Source of the DNA: an uncultured virus (IMG/VR IMGVR_UViG_3300010347_001950)
Taxonomy: Duplodnaviria; Heunggongvirae; Uroviricota; Caudoviricetes
DNA: 64,000 bases
IMG/VR virus record: IMGVR_UViG_3300010347_001950
Reading direction: 5' to 3' (one strand)
A program made the position numbers and the translations under genes. Under the pieces are notes generated by a model. The model was not told the DNA's origin. It saw only the letters and a list, made by a program, of their open reading frames with translations, and did no database searches. Position 1 is the first letter of the stretch. Every line of letters begins with the position of its first letter. Shown here piece after piece: positions 9,790 through 20,778 of this stretch.

Positions 9790-12180
9790 ATGATGAAGAA
9801 TGTATCGTCAACTATAATCACAATAGTTTTGTTGCTATATGGATATATAAATGCAACGGCACAAGCCATTTCGTTTAAAAACACAAACAATAGTATACAA
9901 TTGTCTACATTCAATAACAAGAATTTCCAATTTCAGTATGAATTGGCGGACATAACAAATGGCGTTGGTAACAATAAATATTCACTTAATATTATAACTA
10001 ATATAGCTACTTTATCTCTCAACAAATCTATAACGCCTGATATAAAATCATCCATTCAACAAATCAGCGTCATGCCAGCAAATGGCATTAAGTATGCATA
10101 TACAAATAGTTTTAATTTTAATTCTAAAACAAATTTTTCAAACAATGATATAAAACATAGTTTTGAATTTAATCAAAACTCATCATTCAGCTTTTCTAGC
10201 GATATGGCGCAAAATTCAATATATACAAACAATCAATTTGTTTCTTCGCATAATACAAAAAATATATCAAGTAAATTTAATCCATCAAAACAACTCAACG
10301 CCTTATATACACAACACGAAGAACGCACTAAGACACCTTCATCTGAAAACTCAAAAAATTCAGAAAATTTTATAATAGACTGGGCTATATCGCCGTTTAT
10401 GAATATCAATTATACATCTGATACAAAAAGCGATATAAATGGCAATATTATATCAAACTCTGTAGAACATGATATATTTACCTGGAATTGGAAAATTGGA
10501 GATACACATGCTGGCTTTATAAACGAATCAACAAATACAATCAAAAACAATATCTCAACCGAACAACAACATAAACTAATAACAATTGATTACCCAGGCA
10601 AAAATATCAACGTCCGTTTTAAAAACGAAGATTTAAATATATCACAATTGGGAAATACAACCCAGCAAAATATACAATCAATAGCATTCCTTATACCTTC
10701 AAAACAATATCAGATTGGTTTAAATGGATATCAAAGCAAATCAATATTAAACAATAATGTTACAAAAACTAGTTTTTATGGGATGACATTCGATTATCAA
10801 TCTTCAAAAACGCTTGTTAGTCATTTGGCGTTTGATCAAGCCAATATATTAAACAACAATCAAACTATTATACAGGGACATTACTTAATTAATTTACAGT
10901 ACACACCATACAATTTGTATATTAATTCTGAACATAGAACAAATTGTGCATCAAGGGATATAATTAATGATTTGTTAACGCTAAACAATACGTGGAATGG
11001 AATAAAGCTTGATTTAATGTATAGTAATGTTGATGATGGAATGCAAAATACAATTGGTACAATTACAAGATTGGCCCGTATAGAATCCAACCAAAATAAT
11101 AAAAATAACTTTATAATCGAAAAGAAAACTATAAGCACAACGAATGGCACAGACAACGATACATTGCTTGTCAACGCCAATTACCAATTGTCTAATAAAT
11201 CAAATGTCAATTTAAATGTTGTGAATTCATCGTCAAATGATATAAAGTCTCAAACAGATACTATTAAGTGGAATTATGAAGCTGGAAAAACAGAAAGCAT
11301 AAGTGGTATGACCGTTATCAATTCCACCAACACAGATACATCTGCGGCTATCACAAACTCAATAGCAGTTAGTAATACAATACATAATAATATACAAGTA
11401 GTGGGTAGCCATTCTGTAACTAACAAAGGCGGTGATTGCGTTGCGGCACAATCAAATGTGGCTATAGCCAACCATAACCCAATGCCATTTATATTAAAAG
11501 ATTCTGTGTTCGCATTCAAATACAATAGCGCTATGTACAATGGATATACTCAATCCCAATCAATCGATGGAATAATACGCGGCAGGATTGGTGGCAGTCT
11601 TATAAGCCTTGGATACAACAATATGCTTGATATCAAGGGAAACAAAAATATAATAAGATCGTTTGAGATAAGCAATACACAACCAAATTCTCATATGAAT
11701 TATTCATTGTTATATCGCGCCAGAGACATAAATAATACGATATCGTTTGTTGAACAAAATCATAATATATCATTAAAATTGTCACCAAATTGTGAAATTA
11801 TGTCTAATTATTCAGTTTTACCAGCAATACAAAATTCATATATAACTGCCAGAACATCCACAACAAGTGCAAAATATAGACTTAATAAATATGTTTTGTC
11901 ATTCAATTATGGTAATATTCTTAATCCTATACAAAAAATAGACACATCAAGATATGCGTTGACTTTATCCGGAAACATAAACAAAAATATTCCTATTAGA
12001 GTTGGGTATGCATATGATAGAAACAACAACGAAAATATATCTGGACATACATTGTTATTTGATTATTCGCACAAATTAAATCCAGATGATATACTAAGTA
12101 TAAATTTGGCATATACAATTAATGAAGGCAGAAGCCAAAATTATATAATATTAAATCTTGAAGTTAAAACAAAATGGTAA
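9790..12180 (+). CDS. Asn/Ser-rich exported protein, possible outer-membrane beta-barrel
   Basis: Signal peptide (MKNVSSTIITIVLLLYGYINATA), amphipathic strands, terminal NLEVKTKW. Confidence 0.55.
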   Translation: MMKNVSSTIITIVLLLYGYINATAQAISFKNTNNSIQLSTFNNKNFQFQYELADITNGVGNNKYSLNIITNIATLSLNKSITPDIKSSIQQISVMPANGIKYAYTNSFNFNSKTNFSNNDIKHSFEFNQNSSFSFSSDMAQNSIYTNNQFVSSHNTKNISSKFNPSKQLNALYTQHEERTKTPSSENSKNSENFIIDWAISPFMNINYTSDTKSDINGNIISNSVEHDIFTWNWKIGDTHAGFINESTNTIKNNISTEQQHKLITIDYPGKNINVRFKNEDLNISQLGNTTQQNIQSIAFLIPSKQYQIGLNGYQSKSILNNNVTKTSFYGMTFDYQSSKTLVSHLAFDQANILNNNQTIIQGHYLINLQYTPYNLYINSEHRTNCASRDIINDLLTLNNTWNGIKLDLMYSNVDDGMQNTIGTITRLARIESNQNNKNNFIIEKKTISTTNGTDNDTLLVNANYQLSNKSNVNLNVVNSSSNDIKSQTDTIKWNYEAGKTESISGMTVINSTNTDTSAAITNSIAVSNTIHNNIQVVGSHSVTNKGGDCVAAQSNVAIANHNPMPFILKDSVFAFKYNSAMYNGYTQSQSIDGIIRGRIGGSLISLGYNNMLDIKGNKNIIRSFEISNTQPNSHMNYSLLYRARDINNTISFVEQNHNISLKLSPNCEIMSNYSVLPAIQNSYITARTSTTSAKYRLNKYVLSFNYGNILNPIQKIDTSRYALTLSGNINKNIPIRVGYAYDRNNNENISGHTLLFDYSHKLNPDDILSINLAYTINEGRSQNYIILNLEVKTKW

Positions 12181-12329
12181 AAACTAGATATATACATCCT
12201 TCAACAGTTAAAGTCCATGGGATGAATGTGGTACGAAACATAGCCGTGGATGGTACTATAAATATTTTGTGGCATCAACCGCCTGTCCATAACTTGAGTA
12301 GTAGCTGGTGAATTTGTATAATTAGATAT

Positions 12330-12725
12330 ATGGAGGCAAAATATAAAATGAATAACGAACAAACAGGGACGCCAACCGGAAAATCGGTTACACATGAAGA
12401 ATTTTTACAGCTAGAAATAGCACAATTAAGAATTGATCGTATTAAAGCAAAATTGTGGGATATAGAAAGATACGCAGAAAATATTTTAAATCAAATACAG
12501 CAACTCCAACAAGCCCAAGAAAATGATAATGGTAAGAACGCTGTGGCGCAGTTACAAAATCAATTTAATGAGATTAGAGAACGTCACAACTCTTATTCTG
12601 AAGAGCTTAATGAAGCATTGCAAGAAATGAACAAAAAATTTACTGATATAATGAGTAAATATAATATTGAAAACCAGAAAGTATTAATAGAAGAAAATGA
12701 ACCGCATGAAATCAAAGTTTTATAA
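12330..12725 (+). CDS. Coiled-coil hypothetical protein
   Basis: Heptad Q/E/L-rich helices; start may be the second ATG after GGAGG. Confidence 0.7.
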   Translation: MEAKYKMNNEQTGTPTGKSVTHEEFLQLEIAQLRIDRIKAKLWDIERYAENILNQIQQLQQAQENDNGKNAVAQLQNQFNEIRERHNSYSEELNEALQEMNKKFTDIMSKYNIENQKVLIEENEPHEIKVL

Positions 12726-13263
12726 TTTGGCATTGGTTATCGTGTTTATGTTGTTACCGACATATTCATTTCCTCAAACACGCCAACCGCTTGAATATTA
12801 CACAAACAACGTGAACAAAGACTTATTCGGCATTAGACAACACAATGTTGTGAAAACAAACGAGATGCCAAAAGTCAACAACAACACAAAAACTATAAAA
12901 CAGACAACAAAAAATCCATTTGGTGAATATTTATATACAGGAGTTGTTACATACGAAGATAGCATTATGTGTATAGTAGAAGATTCTAAAAATAAAGAGG
13001 GATACTTTTTACATATTGGTGATTATTTAAACGGTGGGATCGTCACCAATATTACGCCCGATACAATTACTATTTTTCTTGAAAACACATATTATATTAT
13101 AAACAAAAATACTTCATATAGCTTGGTACCGCTTAATAATAATGCACAATTTTTAAGACCTTCTAATAATATTGATAATACGTCTGCCGATTCGCAACAA
13201 AGATATTATATGCCACAAATAAATCGATTTAATAATAATTTTTTGTTCAGGGTAAGGCAGTAA
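12697..13263 (+). CDS. Membrane-anchored/exported protein with GspC/PilP-type HR domain
   Basis: N-terminal hydrophobic segment; YLYTGVVTYEDSIMCIVED...GYFLHIGDYLNGGIVTNITPDTITI. Confidence 0.55.
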   Translation: MNRMKSKFYNLALVIVFMLLPTYSFPQTRQPLEYYTNNVNKDLFGIRQHNVVKTNEMPKVNNNTKTIKQTTKNPFGEYLYTGVVTYEDSIMCIVEDSKNKEGYFLHIGDYLNGGIVTNITPDTITIFLENTYYIINKNTSYSLVPLNNNAQFLRPSNNIDNTSADSQQRYYMPQINRFNNNFLFRVRQ

Positions 13264-13334
13264 TTCTACACTTGGCGTGCATCTGGGCTTATAATTAATG
13301 GCAAATTACTGCATCGGTGGTTCCCTCGGCGGCT

Positions 13335-13802
13335 TTAGTTGCGGCAGGATGTAATAATACCAATTACTACAAACTTATCGTTTTCATTTTTTGATACAAG
13401 TATGTCAACATTATGTTTTGTATGGTATTCTAATTTAATTGCATTTCTATAAGACGAAGTACGATCTGGCCATCCATACAAATCATACACATTAATAATA
13501 CTATCACCAAGAGATATATCTAACCCAGATATCTTGCCAGACTTTTTACCAAAACATTGTATTTCGATAGTCATACCATCATTATTAAATATGAACTGAT
13601 ATGTACAATATTTGTAATTATACGTCCATCTTACGGTGTCAAATTCTGTACTAATGGAAAAAGTGTTTCCGCACTTTTCCATGACAGATTGGTATGATTC
13701 GAAAACTTTAACGTTTTGAGGACATGGAACTTTTGTGGCATATGAATTAGACGGTATTATTAGATATAGTAGAGCTAATATCGTTATTGTTATTTTGTTC
13801 AT
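13335..13802 (-). CDS. Exported protein (BamE/BLIP-like alpha-beta repeats)
   Basis: Signal peptide; ISLGDSIINVYDLYGWPD motif. Confidence 0.55.
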   Translation of the reverse strand: MNKITITILALLYLIIPSNSYATKVPCPQNVKVFESYQSVMEKCGNTFSISTEFDTVRWTYNYKYCTYQFIFNNDGMTIEIQCFGKKSGKISGLDISLGDSIINVYDLYGWPDRTSSYRNAIKLEYHTKHNVDILVSKNENDKFVVIGIITSCRN

Positions 13803-14220
13803 TCGTTGCCCCCTCTATTTGTTCTTGATTTTCATCAAAATTTCTATATTTGCCTACTTCATGCTCGGTTGACACCATTTGCGACAAATTATATAATTTA
13901 ATTGGTGCTTTGTGCACATGATTGGCAATATTTAATATAAATTCTACATGAGAACATATAAGCTTATCCATTTGCTCTAAATATTCTTGCGATTCTTTGG
14001 TAGTGTCTGCGTGCTTAAATTTATCATATAGCACAGACATCGATTCCTTGAATTCGTTTTGTGATACAAGTATTATTTTGTCATATATAGCATCTAATAC
14101 TTCTTCATAATTGTTGCATGTGCATTTTGTATAATTATCTATTTGTTGTTTGATTTCTTGTAATTTTTTGAGAATTTCCGATGATATATCTGTGCGTTTC
14201 CGTTTTTGTATCCACAACAT
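13747..14220 (-). CDS. Hypothetical helical protein
   Basis: 157 aa ORF with AGGAG RBS and TGTATAAT upstream. Confidence 0.7.
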   Translation of the reverse strand: MLWIQKRKRTDISSEILKKLQEIKQQIDNYTKCTCNNYEEVLDAIYDKIILVSQNEFKESMSVLYDKFKHADTTKESQEYLEQMDKLICSHVEFILNIANHVHKAPIKLYNLSQMVSTEHEVGKYRNFDENQEQIEGATNEQNNNNDISSTISNNTV

Positions 14221-14348
14221 TTTGTATCTCCTTTTAATTAATTATACACCCATATATTATGATACGGAATGAGAGCAAAACCACAAGAATTTTTAGAAGT
14301 TTACTGAAATCAACAGGTGCCACTAAAGCTTCTGCCAAACATATAAAT

Positions 14349-14588
14349 ATGCTGAAGGCTTTTAGGTATAGAATCTACCCAAATGAGAAATACCAGGTAA
14401 TACAAGAAGAATACCTGTGGGCACGTCGATTCGCTTTTAATTACGGATTAAAAAAGAATATAGAATATTATCAGCAGATTCTATTATACCACACTCCAAT
14501 AAGCGGATTGAAACAACATAAAAACGAACACCCTGGAAGAGATAATGCCATTTCGCAACCTGTATTCAAGAATCTGGATAACATATAG
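14349..14588 (+). pseudogene. tnpB: TnpB (IS200/IS605 OrfB) N-terminal fragment
   Basis: MLKAFRYRIYPN...RFAFNYGL...SQPVFKNLD is the OrfB helix-turn-helix start; truncated. Confidence 0.8.
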
Positions 14589-14598
14589 GTGATAATAT

Positions 14599-17583
14599 AT
14601 GTGGTATAGATTCATAAAAAAATCAGGCGCAGCAAATGTGCTGCGTGGGTATATGGAATTTAAAGGCACAATAAAAGATAGCGTGTCGAAATATAGTAAC
14701 GTTTTTTCTGTTGAGGATTTACCATCACACCAATCAATTATAGATTTCATTTATAATAAGTCATTACCATATTTACAAAAATTATCACAATCCAATATAA
14801 CCACTGCAAGGGACGAAATTATTCAATTAACAAACTTCATACATCACGTTATTGAATTATATTTACGAAACCCAAAATACAAACATTTGGTATATCAGTT
14901 ATATCAATCGTTATCCAAGGCTTATGATTTTATAAAAATACTATACCCAGAGTATAATAATTTATATGTCAAAAGACTATTAATGCCAGAGTTCGCGGAT
15001 AGTTCATATTGGCTAAATGATATTTTACAAATTGGATATGGAACGCTTATTGATCTAGATCAAGCAGGGGTATATATATCACCAAACATCAAATTTGCTA
15101 TTTTGGCGGGGCTTGATATTAAATCAAAGCCAAGCTTAGCAAAAGATCCATTAAGGAAAAAATTTATAGAATATATATTAAATAAATATCCATTTTATCA
15201 AAAATTTTTGATTATTAATGGTAACGATAACAATATTAAAAAATTTATATACGATGCTATACGAGACCCAGACGATCTGTTTGACGAATTACAAGGCTCT
15301 CTTTTGCCATTTGAAATTAAAAGCAACATAATTACAAAACAACCTGACAAGGATAACACTATATTATCTTTGTTCCAAAATATATTTCTATATTCTGGTT
15401 TGCCATCGAATGATATAGTAGAATATATAAAAGTTGCATCTATGGCACCAAGCGATAACGCGATATACAAAACAGAAATGATATTTGCATTATTGAAGAC
15501 ATTGTTTTATAATACAGAAAAAAGCAATATTGTATACGAATTGTTATTTAATTACATCAAGAATAATATACCAGAAGAAAACCTAGCTGATTTATTTACT
15601 CGCTGGATTGAATATTCTTATAAATATATCTCAGAAAGTGTTATTGATAAGATAAGGCACAATGAAGTGGCAATGGGGATCATAAATAACACATTGGTTA
15701 AAACACGACCGTTAATTATTATACAAATGGGACTTGCCCCATTTGATCTGATGGTTGAATATGCTGCAAAAAATCCCAGAATAGTTGATGCAATTATTGG
15801 GCTTTCAGAAGAAGAAAAAAACAAGATTAAAAAAGCCGCTTTATCGAAGCAAACCGAATATCGCATGCAGTCAATGAAGCATGAAAATCAATTAATGATT
15901 ATGGAAAAAGGAATAAAAAATCAAGACGAATTAGTTGAAGAATATCGTAAAATGCGAGAAAGGCAAAGAATATCAATCTCCGAAAGTATGAGACAAAAGG
16001 GGTATTCAGAACAACAAATACAAGATTTTATAGAAAAGCATAAGCGAGAAGATGATAAGGTAATTAAACAATCTATTGAAATGGGCATTAATCCAGACCA
16101 ATTATCAAATTTTACAACATCAGTATCGCCAATGCAATATTATATTAACAATAACGAAATAATACATGATACGCTTGACAAAATTGAAGATGGCAAATAT
16201 TTAACTACCGCTTTATTAATAGGGAAAGCAATGGGATTAAGCCCAGAAATTATTAAAAAGTGGGCAAGCATGATACATGTATACTGGATTAAAACACCCA
16301 ATTTTGAGCAATTTTTAAACCAATCTGGAAATCCTTCCTATGATACATTGAGAGATACATCGTTCCTGGGTGGATTTACACCATTTTTCAGCCACGATGA
16401 ACAACCAGAAAACAGAATGCCGTCAATAATTATAAATGAATATAAGATTATACAACAATATCAAGAAATGCCTTTATTAAAAACACTAAACGTTTCGATA
16501 CAAACAAGTATAGATGCGACAATGTCACACGAAATAGGGCATGCTTTGAATTATATTGCAACTGGTGGAAAATTCTTAGATCTTACTCATGTATATCCAC
16601 GAGAAAAACCTGATTTAACTCCAGAAGAAAATAAAGCTAGACATAGACAAAGAAGAAAAGAAGATGTTGGAAGAAAATATATAACTGATTACCCAGAAAT
16701 TGTAGCCAGGGTATATGGTGCAATGCCAATATGGAAAAAAACAATATATGAGCGCATTCATTCGTTACGCTCCAGCGATATAATAAAGAAAGCAGTAGAA
16801 GAAGAAATGCTCGAAAATATAATGATGCATCCTGCTTATTTAACTATTGGCGGGAGATATCATCCGGTAGAAGAATATAAAAGGATGGAAAAAAGAGAAC
16901 CACCATATGATATTACACCCAACCCACTAGAGGCCGCAAACAAAAGAATACAAAGAGAAACAGAGCGTGCTAGAGATATATTAAGACAGATTGCTCAAAA
17001 ACATCGCAGAGATATATTATTAAATATAATTAAGCAAATTAATGGTTATAAAAAACAATTAGAAATGATTGAACATGCGAATGCTACTATTGGCAATGAA
17101 AACAAATATGAAACTGAATTTATACAATCAGAAATTAACACACTTAAAAATATGGAAAAAGAAGTATTAAATGGCGGGTATGATTATGAAATTGACTCGT
17201 CTGTCGAATCTGTTATATTTAATTTTACAATTAGAGAATTAGAAACTATGGCAAAAGTTGTTTCCGATCCTGAATGGAAACCCCCATTTACTCTAGTTGG
17301 AACCGAACCACCAGAAAATATATATGATGCATATGCGCAAGATCCCCCGATATCATATAAAGAATTACAAGAAATATCACAAATGGATAAAGAATTGTCA
17401 CAGCCAGAAAAAAATAAGCCTAACGATCTTGGTCAGCCAAAGCAAATAGGAATAATTATACCACCATTTATAGTTGGTCCAAAAGAAGGCGGGAAAGGTT
17501 ATAAAAAAATATTCTATGAGGATATATTACCACAATACGAAAAAACAGAAAAAACATCACCTGAAGAAAATTCTGATCAATAA
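14599..17583 (+). CDS. Large protein with zincin-type HEXXH motif
   Basis: 994 aa; TMSHEIGHALNY with downstream DYPEIVAR; N-terminus MWYRFIKKS. Confidence 0.7.
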   Translation: MWYRFIKKSGAANVLRGYMEFKGTIKDSVSKYSNVFSVEDLPSHQSIIDFIYNKSLPYLQKLSQSNITTARDEIIQLTNFIHHVIELYLRNPKYKHLVYQLYQSLSKAYDFIKILYPEYNNLYVKRLLMPEFADSSYWLNDILQIGYGTLIDLDQAGVYISPNIKFAILAGLDIKSKPSLAKDPLRKKFIEYILNKYPFYQKFLIINGNDNNIKKFIYDAIRDPDDLFDELQGSLLPFEIKSNIITKQPDKDNTILSLFQNIFLYSGLPSNDIVEYIKVASMAPSDNAIYKTEMIFALLKTLFYNTEKSNIVYELLFNYIKNNIPEENLADLFTRWIEYSYKYISESVIDKIRHNEVAMGIINNTLVKTRPLIIIQMGLAPFDLMVEYAAKNPRIVDAIIGLSEEEKNKIKKAALSKQTEYRMQSMKHENQLMIMEKGIKNQDELVEEYRKMRERQRISISESMRQKGYSEQQIQDFIEKHKREDDKVIKQSIEMGINPDQLSNFTTSVSPMQYYINNNEIIHDTLDKIEDGKYLTTALLIGKAMGLSPEIIKKWASMIHVYWIKTPNFEQFLNQSGNPSYDTLRDTSFLGGFTPFFSHDEQPENRMPSIIINEYKIIQQYQEMPLLKTLNVSIQTSIDATMSHEIGHALNYIATGGKFLDLTHVYPREKPDLTPEENKARHRQRRKEDVGRKYITDYPEIVARVYGAMPIWKKTIYERIHSLRSSDIIKKAVEEEMLENIMMHPAYLTIGGRYHPVEEYKRMEKREPPYDITPNPLEAANKRIQRETERARDILRQIAQKHRRDILLNIIKQINGYKKQLEMIEHANATIGNENKYETEFIQSEINTLKNMEKEVLNGGYDYEIDSSVESVIFNFTIRELETMAKVVSDPEWKPPFTLVGTEPPENIYDAYAQDPPISYKELQEISQMDKELSQPEKNKPNDLGQPKQIGIIIPPFIVGPKEGGKGYKKIFYEDILPQYEKTEKTSPEENSDQ

Positions 17584-17615
17584 TAAACTTCGGATTTCTT
17601 TCTAAATTTACAAAA

Positions 17616-17906
17616 ATGCAAAAATTATCACCGAATATAATATCAATGTCTATACAAGTATTGTCAGAAAACATAGACAATGCAAAGCGCCAACATTTTA
17701 TAGAAATCTATAAAACGACTGGCGCTTTCAATGCGAATATTCAAAAAGAAATAATTGAGTTATTGAGAAAATTTATACCAGATTCTTTGCTTCCAGATGG
17801 AATATGGGATGGATGGTGGAAAGATATACTTTTGCTTTGGCTTGGTATATCTCCATCATCTATACACACAGATTATTCAAGAGGTTGTAGCCATTGTAAC
17901 AACTAA
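17616..17906 (+). CDS. Hypothetical protein
   Basis: 96 aa ORF; C-terminal CSHC. Confidence 0.55.
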   Translation: MQKLSPNIISMSIQVLSENIDNAKRQHFIEIYKTTGAFNANIQKEIIELLRKFIPDSLLPDGIWDGWWKDILLLWLGISPSSIHTDYSRGCSHCNN

Positions 17907-18541
17907 TCTTCTTCCTCGTCTCTAAAATCAATTCCGTATTTCTTGCCTGCTCTTTTAATTTTTGCCTCCATTGCGGCTAATTCAGACGCGGTATACATTT
18001 TTCTATTTCGTGGCATATGAATATAACTCCATGCAGCCCTTACGTGTTTTTCTGTATCAAGCGGATATTTGTAGTTTTTTGGATCTGCGTATTGGACTTT
18101 CTTCTTTGGATACCCCTTTGGAGGACTCTTGTGTCCATATTCCACCTCGCGAGACGGCAACCCGCGCTTTGACAACGTTCTTCTCATCGCGCTTTGTTGT
18201 AATGACGAGGGGGCGTTCGTGTCCCAATGATTCTGAACGCTGCGAATTTTGCCATATCCGCCACATGTAATGCAACTTTTGATGATTGGCTTACCGCCGC
18301 TATCATATTCAATAGTAAAACCTTCGCCATTACAATCTGGACACATTTTATAATCATTGCTATTTAATTTATCTTGAAATGTATCTGGAACACTATACTG
18401 TTCATCGTTTTCGGTTTTGTCTGGATCTGACTGCAAATCAGCAACTCTCATAAACACTGAATTTAATTTATCTGCAAGAGCAATTTTGCCATCTTTTTCA
18501 AGTTGACTAATAACTAAATGCAAATCTTTTAATATAGACAT
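17903..18541 (-). CDS. DnaJ-type zinc finger plus DUF6582-like domain protein
   Basis: CPDCNGEG...CITCGGYG; YADPKNYKYPLDTEKHVRAAWSYI...IKRAGKKYGI. Confidence 0.7.
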   Translation of the reverse strand: MSILKDLHLVISQLEKDGKIALADKLNSVFMRVADLQSDPDKTENDEQYSVPDTFQDKLNSNDYKMCPDCNGEGFTIEYDSGGKPIIKSCITCGGYGKIRSVQNHWDTNAPSSLQQSAMRRTLSKRGLPSREVEYGHKSPPKGYPKKKVQYADPKNYKYPLDTEKHVRAAWSYIHMPRNRKMYTASELAAMEAKIKRAGKKYGIDFRDEEED

Positions 18542-18599
18542 TACAAAATCTCCTAATTTGGTTATTATTTTGTCTGTTCGATTGTTATCTTTGTTTTAC

Positions 18600-19571
18600 C
18601 TATATATGCCGAATCCAATATTCAATCATCTCATATAACATATTTTCAAATGTATATGAAGGCTCCCACCCAGTTGCGTTTCTTAGTTTTGTCGAATCAC
18701 CTTTCAAAAATCTAAGTTCCTCTGGTCTCAAGAGCCTATCATTAATTGTTACATATTTGTCATAGTCCATGCCTAATTTAGAAAACACTATATCACAAAC
18801 ATCCCTTACACTGTGCACTATACCAGTAGCGCACACAAAGTCATCAGAATATGGCAATTGCATCATCATATGCATTGCTTTTGTATAATCATATGCATGG
18901 CCCCAATCGCGGCATGCATCCAAGTTCCCCAATTCGATTTTTGTGCGCTTACCTTTATATATTTCTACTGCCTCTTTGGCAATTTTATTTGTAACAAAAT
19001 TTGTGCCTCTCCTCGGAGATTCGTGGTTAAATAATATACCATTTGTAATGAACATATTATATGCATTTCTGTAATTTCTGGCAACAGAATATGCAAATAA
19101 TTTGGCGCATCCATATGGACTTACTGGATTCATCGGAGTTGTTTCTCTTTGATAGCCGTCAGAATCTATATTGTTGCCTATTTGTTCACTAGATGACGCT
19201 TGATATATTTTTGTATCTGGCTTTACTATTCTTGTTGCCTCAAATACATTTAACGCCCCTATGCCTGTACACTCTGCTGTATATATCGGCTGGTCATAAC
19301 TAATTCGCACATGGCTTTGTGCAGCCAAATTATATATTTCGTCTGGCTGGCACCGCCCAATTACATTTGTTAACGAAGACATATCTGTCACATCGCCATA
19401 CACAAGATGTATATTATCAAATATATGATCGATGCGCGTTGTTTGGGTTTCTGGCACAGAGTGTCTTCTTATTATTCCCCACACATCATATCCTATATTT
19501 AATAGATATTCGGACAAATACGATCCATCTTGTCCGGTGATTCCTGTTATCAATGCAATTTTCTTGTTCAT
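18600..19571 (-). CDS. gmd: GDP-mannose 4,6-dehydratase
   Basis: ALITGITGQDGSYL, YNLAAQSHV, SPYGCAK, GILFNHESPRRG, RDWGHA. Confidence 0.97.
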   Translation of the reverse strand: MNKKIALITGITGQDGSYLSEYLLNIGYDVWGIIRRHSVPETQTTRIDHIFDNIHLVYGDVTDMSSLTNVIGRCQPDEIYNLAAQSHVRISYDQPIYTAECTGIGALNVFEATRIVKPDTKIYQASSSEQIGNNIDSDGYQRETTPMNPVSPYGCAKLFAYSVARNYRNAYNMFITNGILFNHESPRRGTNFVTNKIAKEAVEIYKGKRTKIELGNLDACRDWGHAYDYTKAMHMMMQLPYSDDFVCATGIVHSVRDVCDIVFSKLGMDYDKYVTINDRLLRPEELRFLKGDSTKLRNATGWEPSYTFENMLYEMIEYWIRHI

Positions 19572-19611
19572 GTTGTTCTATGATATTGAATACAAAAACC
19601 ATATCCGCAAA

Positions 19612-20778
19612 TCATTCGGCACCTCCATTACTGGCATTTACAGTTTTTACTATTTTATTCAAATCTTTAACAGACAAATGCGGATGGTTTGGGATATATA
19701 ATCCATATTTGGTGACAATTTCGCTATTTGTAAGATTGTTATTCGTTATACTTGAATTAACATATTTATAAAACGGTTGTTTGTGCATAGAACCACAAAT
19801 TAATGGTCGTGTTTCTATTTTATTTTCTATCAGCGATTTTATAAGTTCTTCTCTATGTTTCGTTATAATTGGATATGCAAAATTTGATACAAAACAATTT
19901 TTGTTATCTTTGGGTTTCCATTCGTTAATAATATTTTCTTGATAGTAATTATAATTATAATTTCTTGCCTTAACTACACTTTGAATTTTATCTATTTGCA
20001 TTAATCCAATAAAAGCCTGCAAATCTGTAGATCTTAAATTGAATCCTGGAATATAAAATGTATATAATTCATCAAAATCAGATATATTATACTTATTTTT
20101 TAACATTAGTTTTTGAGATTTGTTGATATCTCTTGACCACCCATGACTTCTTAGCATTTTAATTACTGTGTCTAATTCGCTATCATCTGTGCACACCATT
20201 CCACCTTCTATAGTCGATATATGATGCCCATAATAAAACGAAAACACAGATGCCATCCCATATGTACCGAGCTTTTTACCATTACATAGCGATCCAACAG
20301 ATTCGCACGCGTCTTCTAACAAAATTACATTATATTTGTTGCACAACAAACTTATTTTATCCATGTCTGGCACAAGTCCAAGAACGGATACCAAAATCAA
20401 ACAGTCTGGATGTTCTGTTTTGAAAATGTTTTCTAATTGTTCTATATCTACAGATAAATCATCCATATTGCAATCACATAAAATAGGAACTAGTCCAAGC
20501 TGTATTGCTGGTGCTAAATCGGTGGCCCAAGACAACGATGGTATTACTATTTTTTTATTATTTAATTTGCCCAATATGTCAAGAGCATATAATGTAATTA
20601 GAATAGCAGAAGACCCAGAATTTACAAATGTAGAATATTTAATTCCTAAATAATTACTCCATTTATTTTCAAATTCAACTGTAATTTGATCTTTTGTTAA
20701 TTTTGGAAATGTTTTTAGCCATTTTGCTAAATGTTTAATTTCGTTTTTTGATATAGTATTTTCTGATAATTTAATCAT
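19612..20778 (-). CDS. colD: PLP-dependent GDP-4-keto-6-deoxy-mannose 3-dehydratase (ColD-type, DegT family)
   Basis: VNSGSSA, EDACES, SFYYGHHISTIEGG (His in place of the Schiff-base Lys), RSHGWSR; lacks the E1 Fe-S Cys cluster. Confidence 0.75.
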   Translation of the reverse strand: MIKLSENTISKNEIKHLAKWLKTFPKLTKDQITVEFENKWSNYLGIKYSTFVNSGSSAILITLYALDILGKLNNKKIVIPSLSWATDLAPAIQLGLVPILCDCNMDDLSVDIEQLENIFKTEHPDCLILVSVLGLVPDMDKISLLCNKYNVILLEDACESVGSLCNGKKLGTYGMASVFSFYYGHHISTIEGGMVCTDDSELDTVIKMLRSHGWSRDINKSQKLMLKNKYNISDFDELYTFYIPGFNLRSTDLQAFIGLMQIDKIQSVVKARNYNYNYYQENIINEWKPKDNKNCFVSNFAYPIITKHREELIKSLIENKIETRPLICGSMHKQPFYKYVNSSITNNNLTNSEIVTKYGLYIPNHPHLSVKDLNKIVKTVNASNGGAE

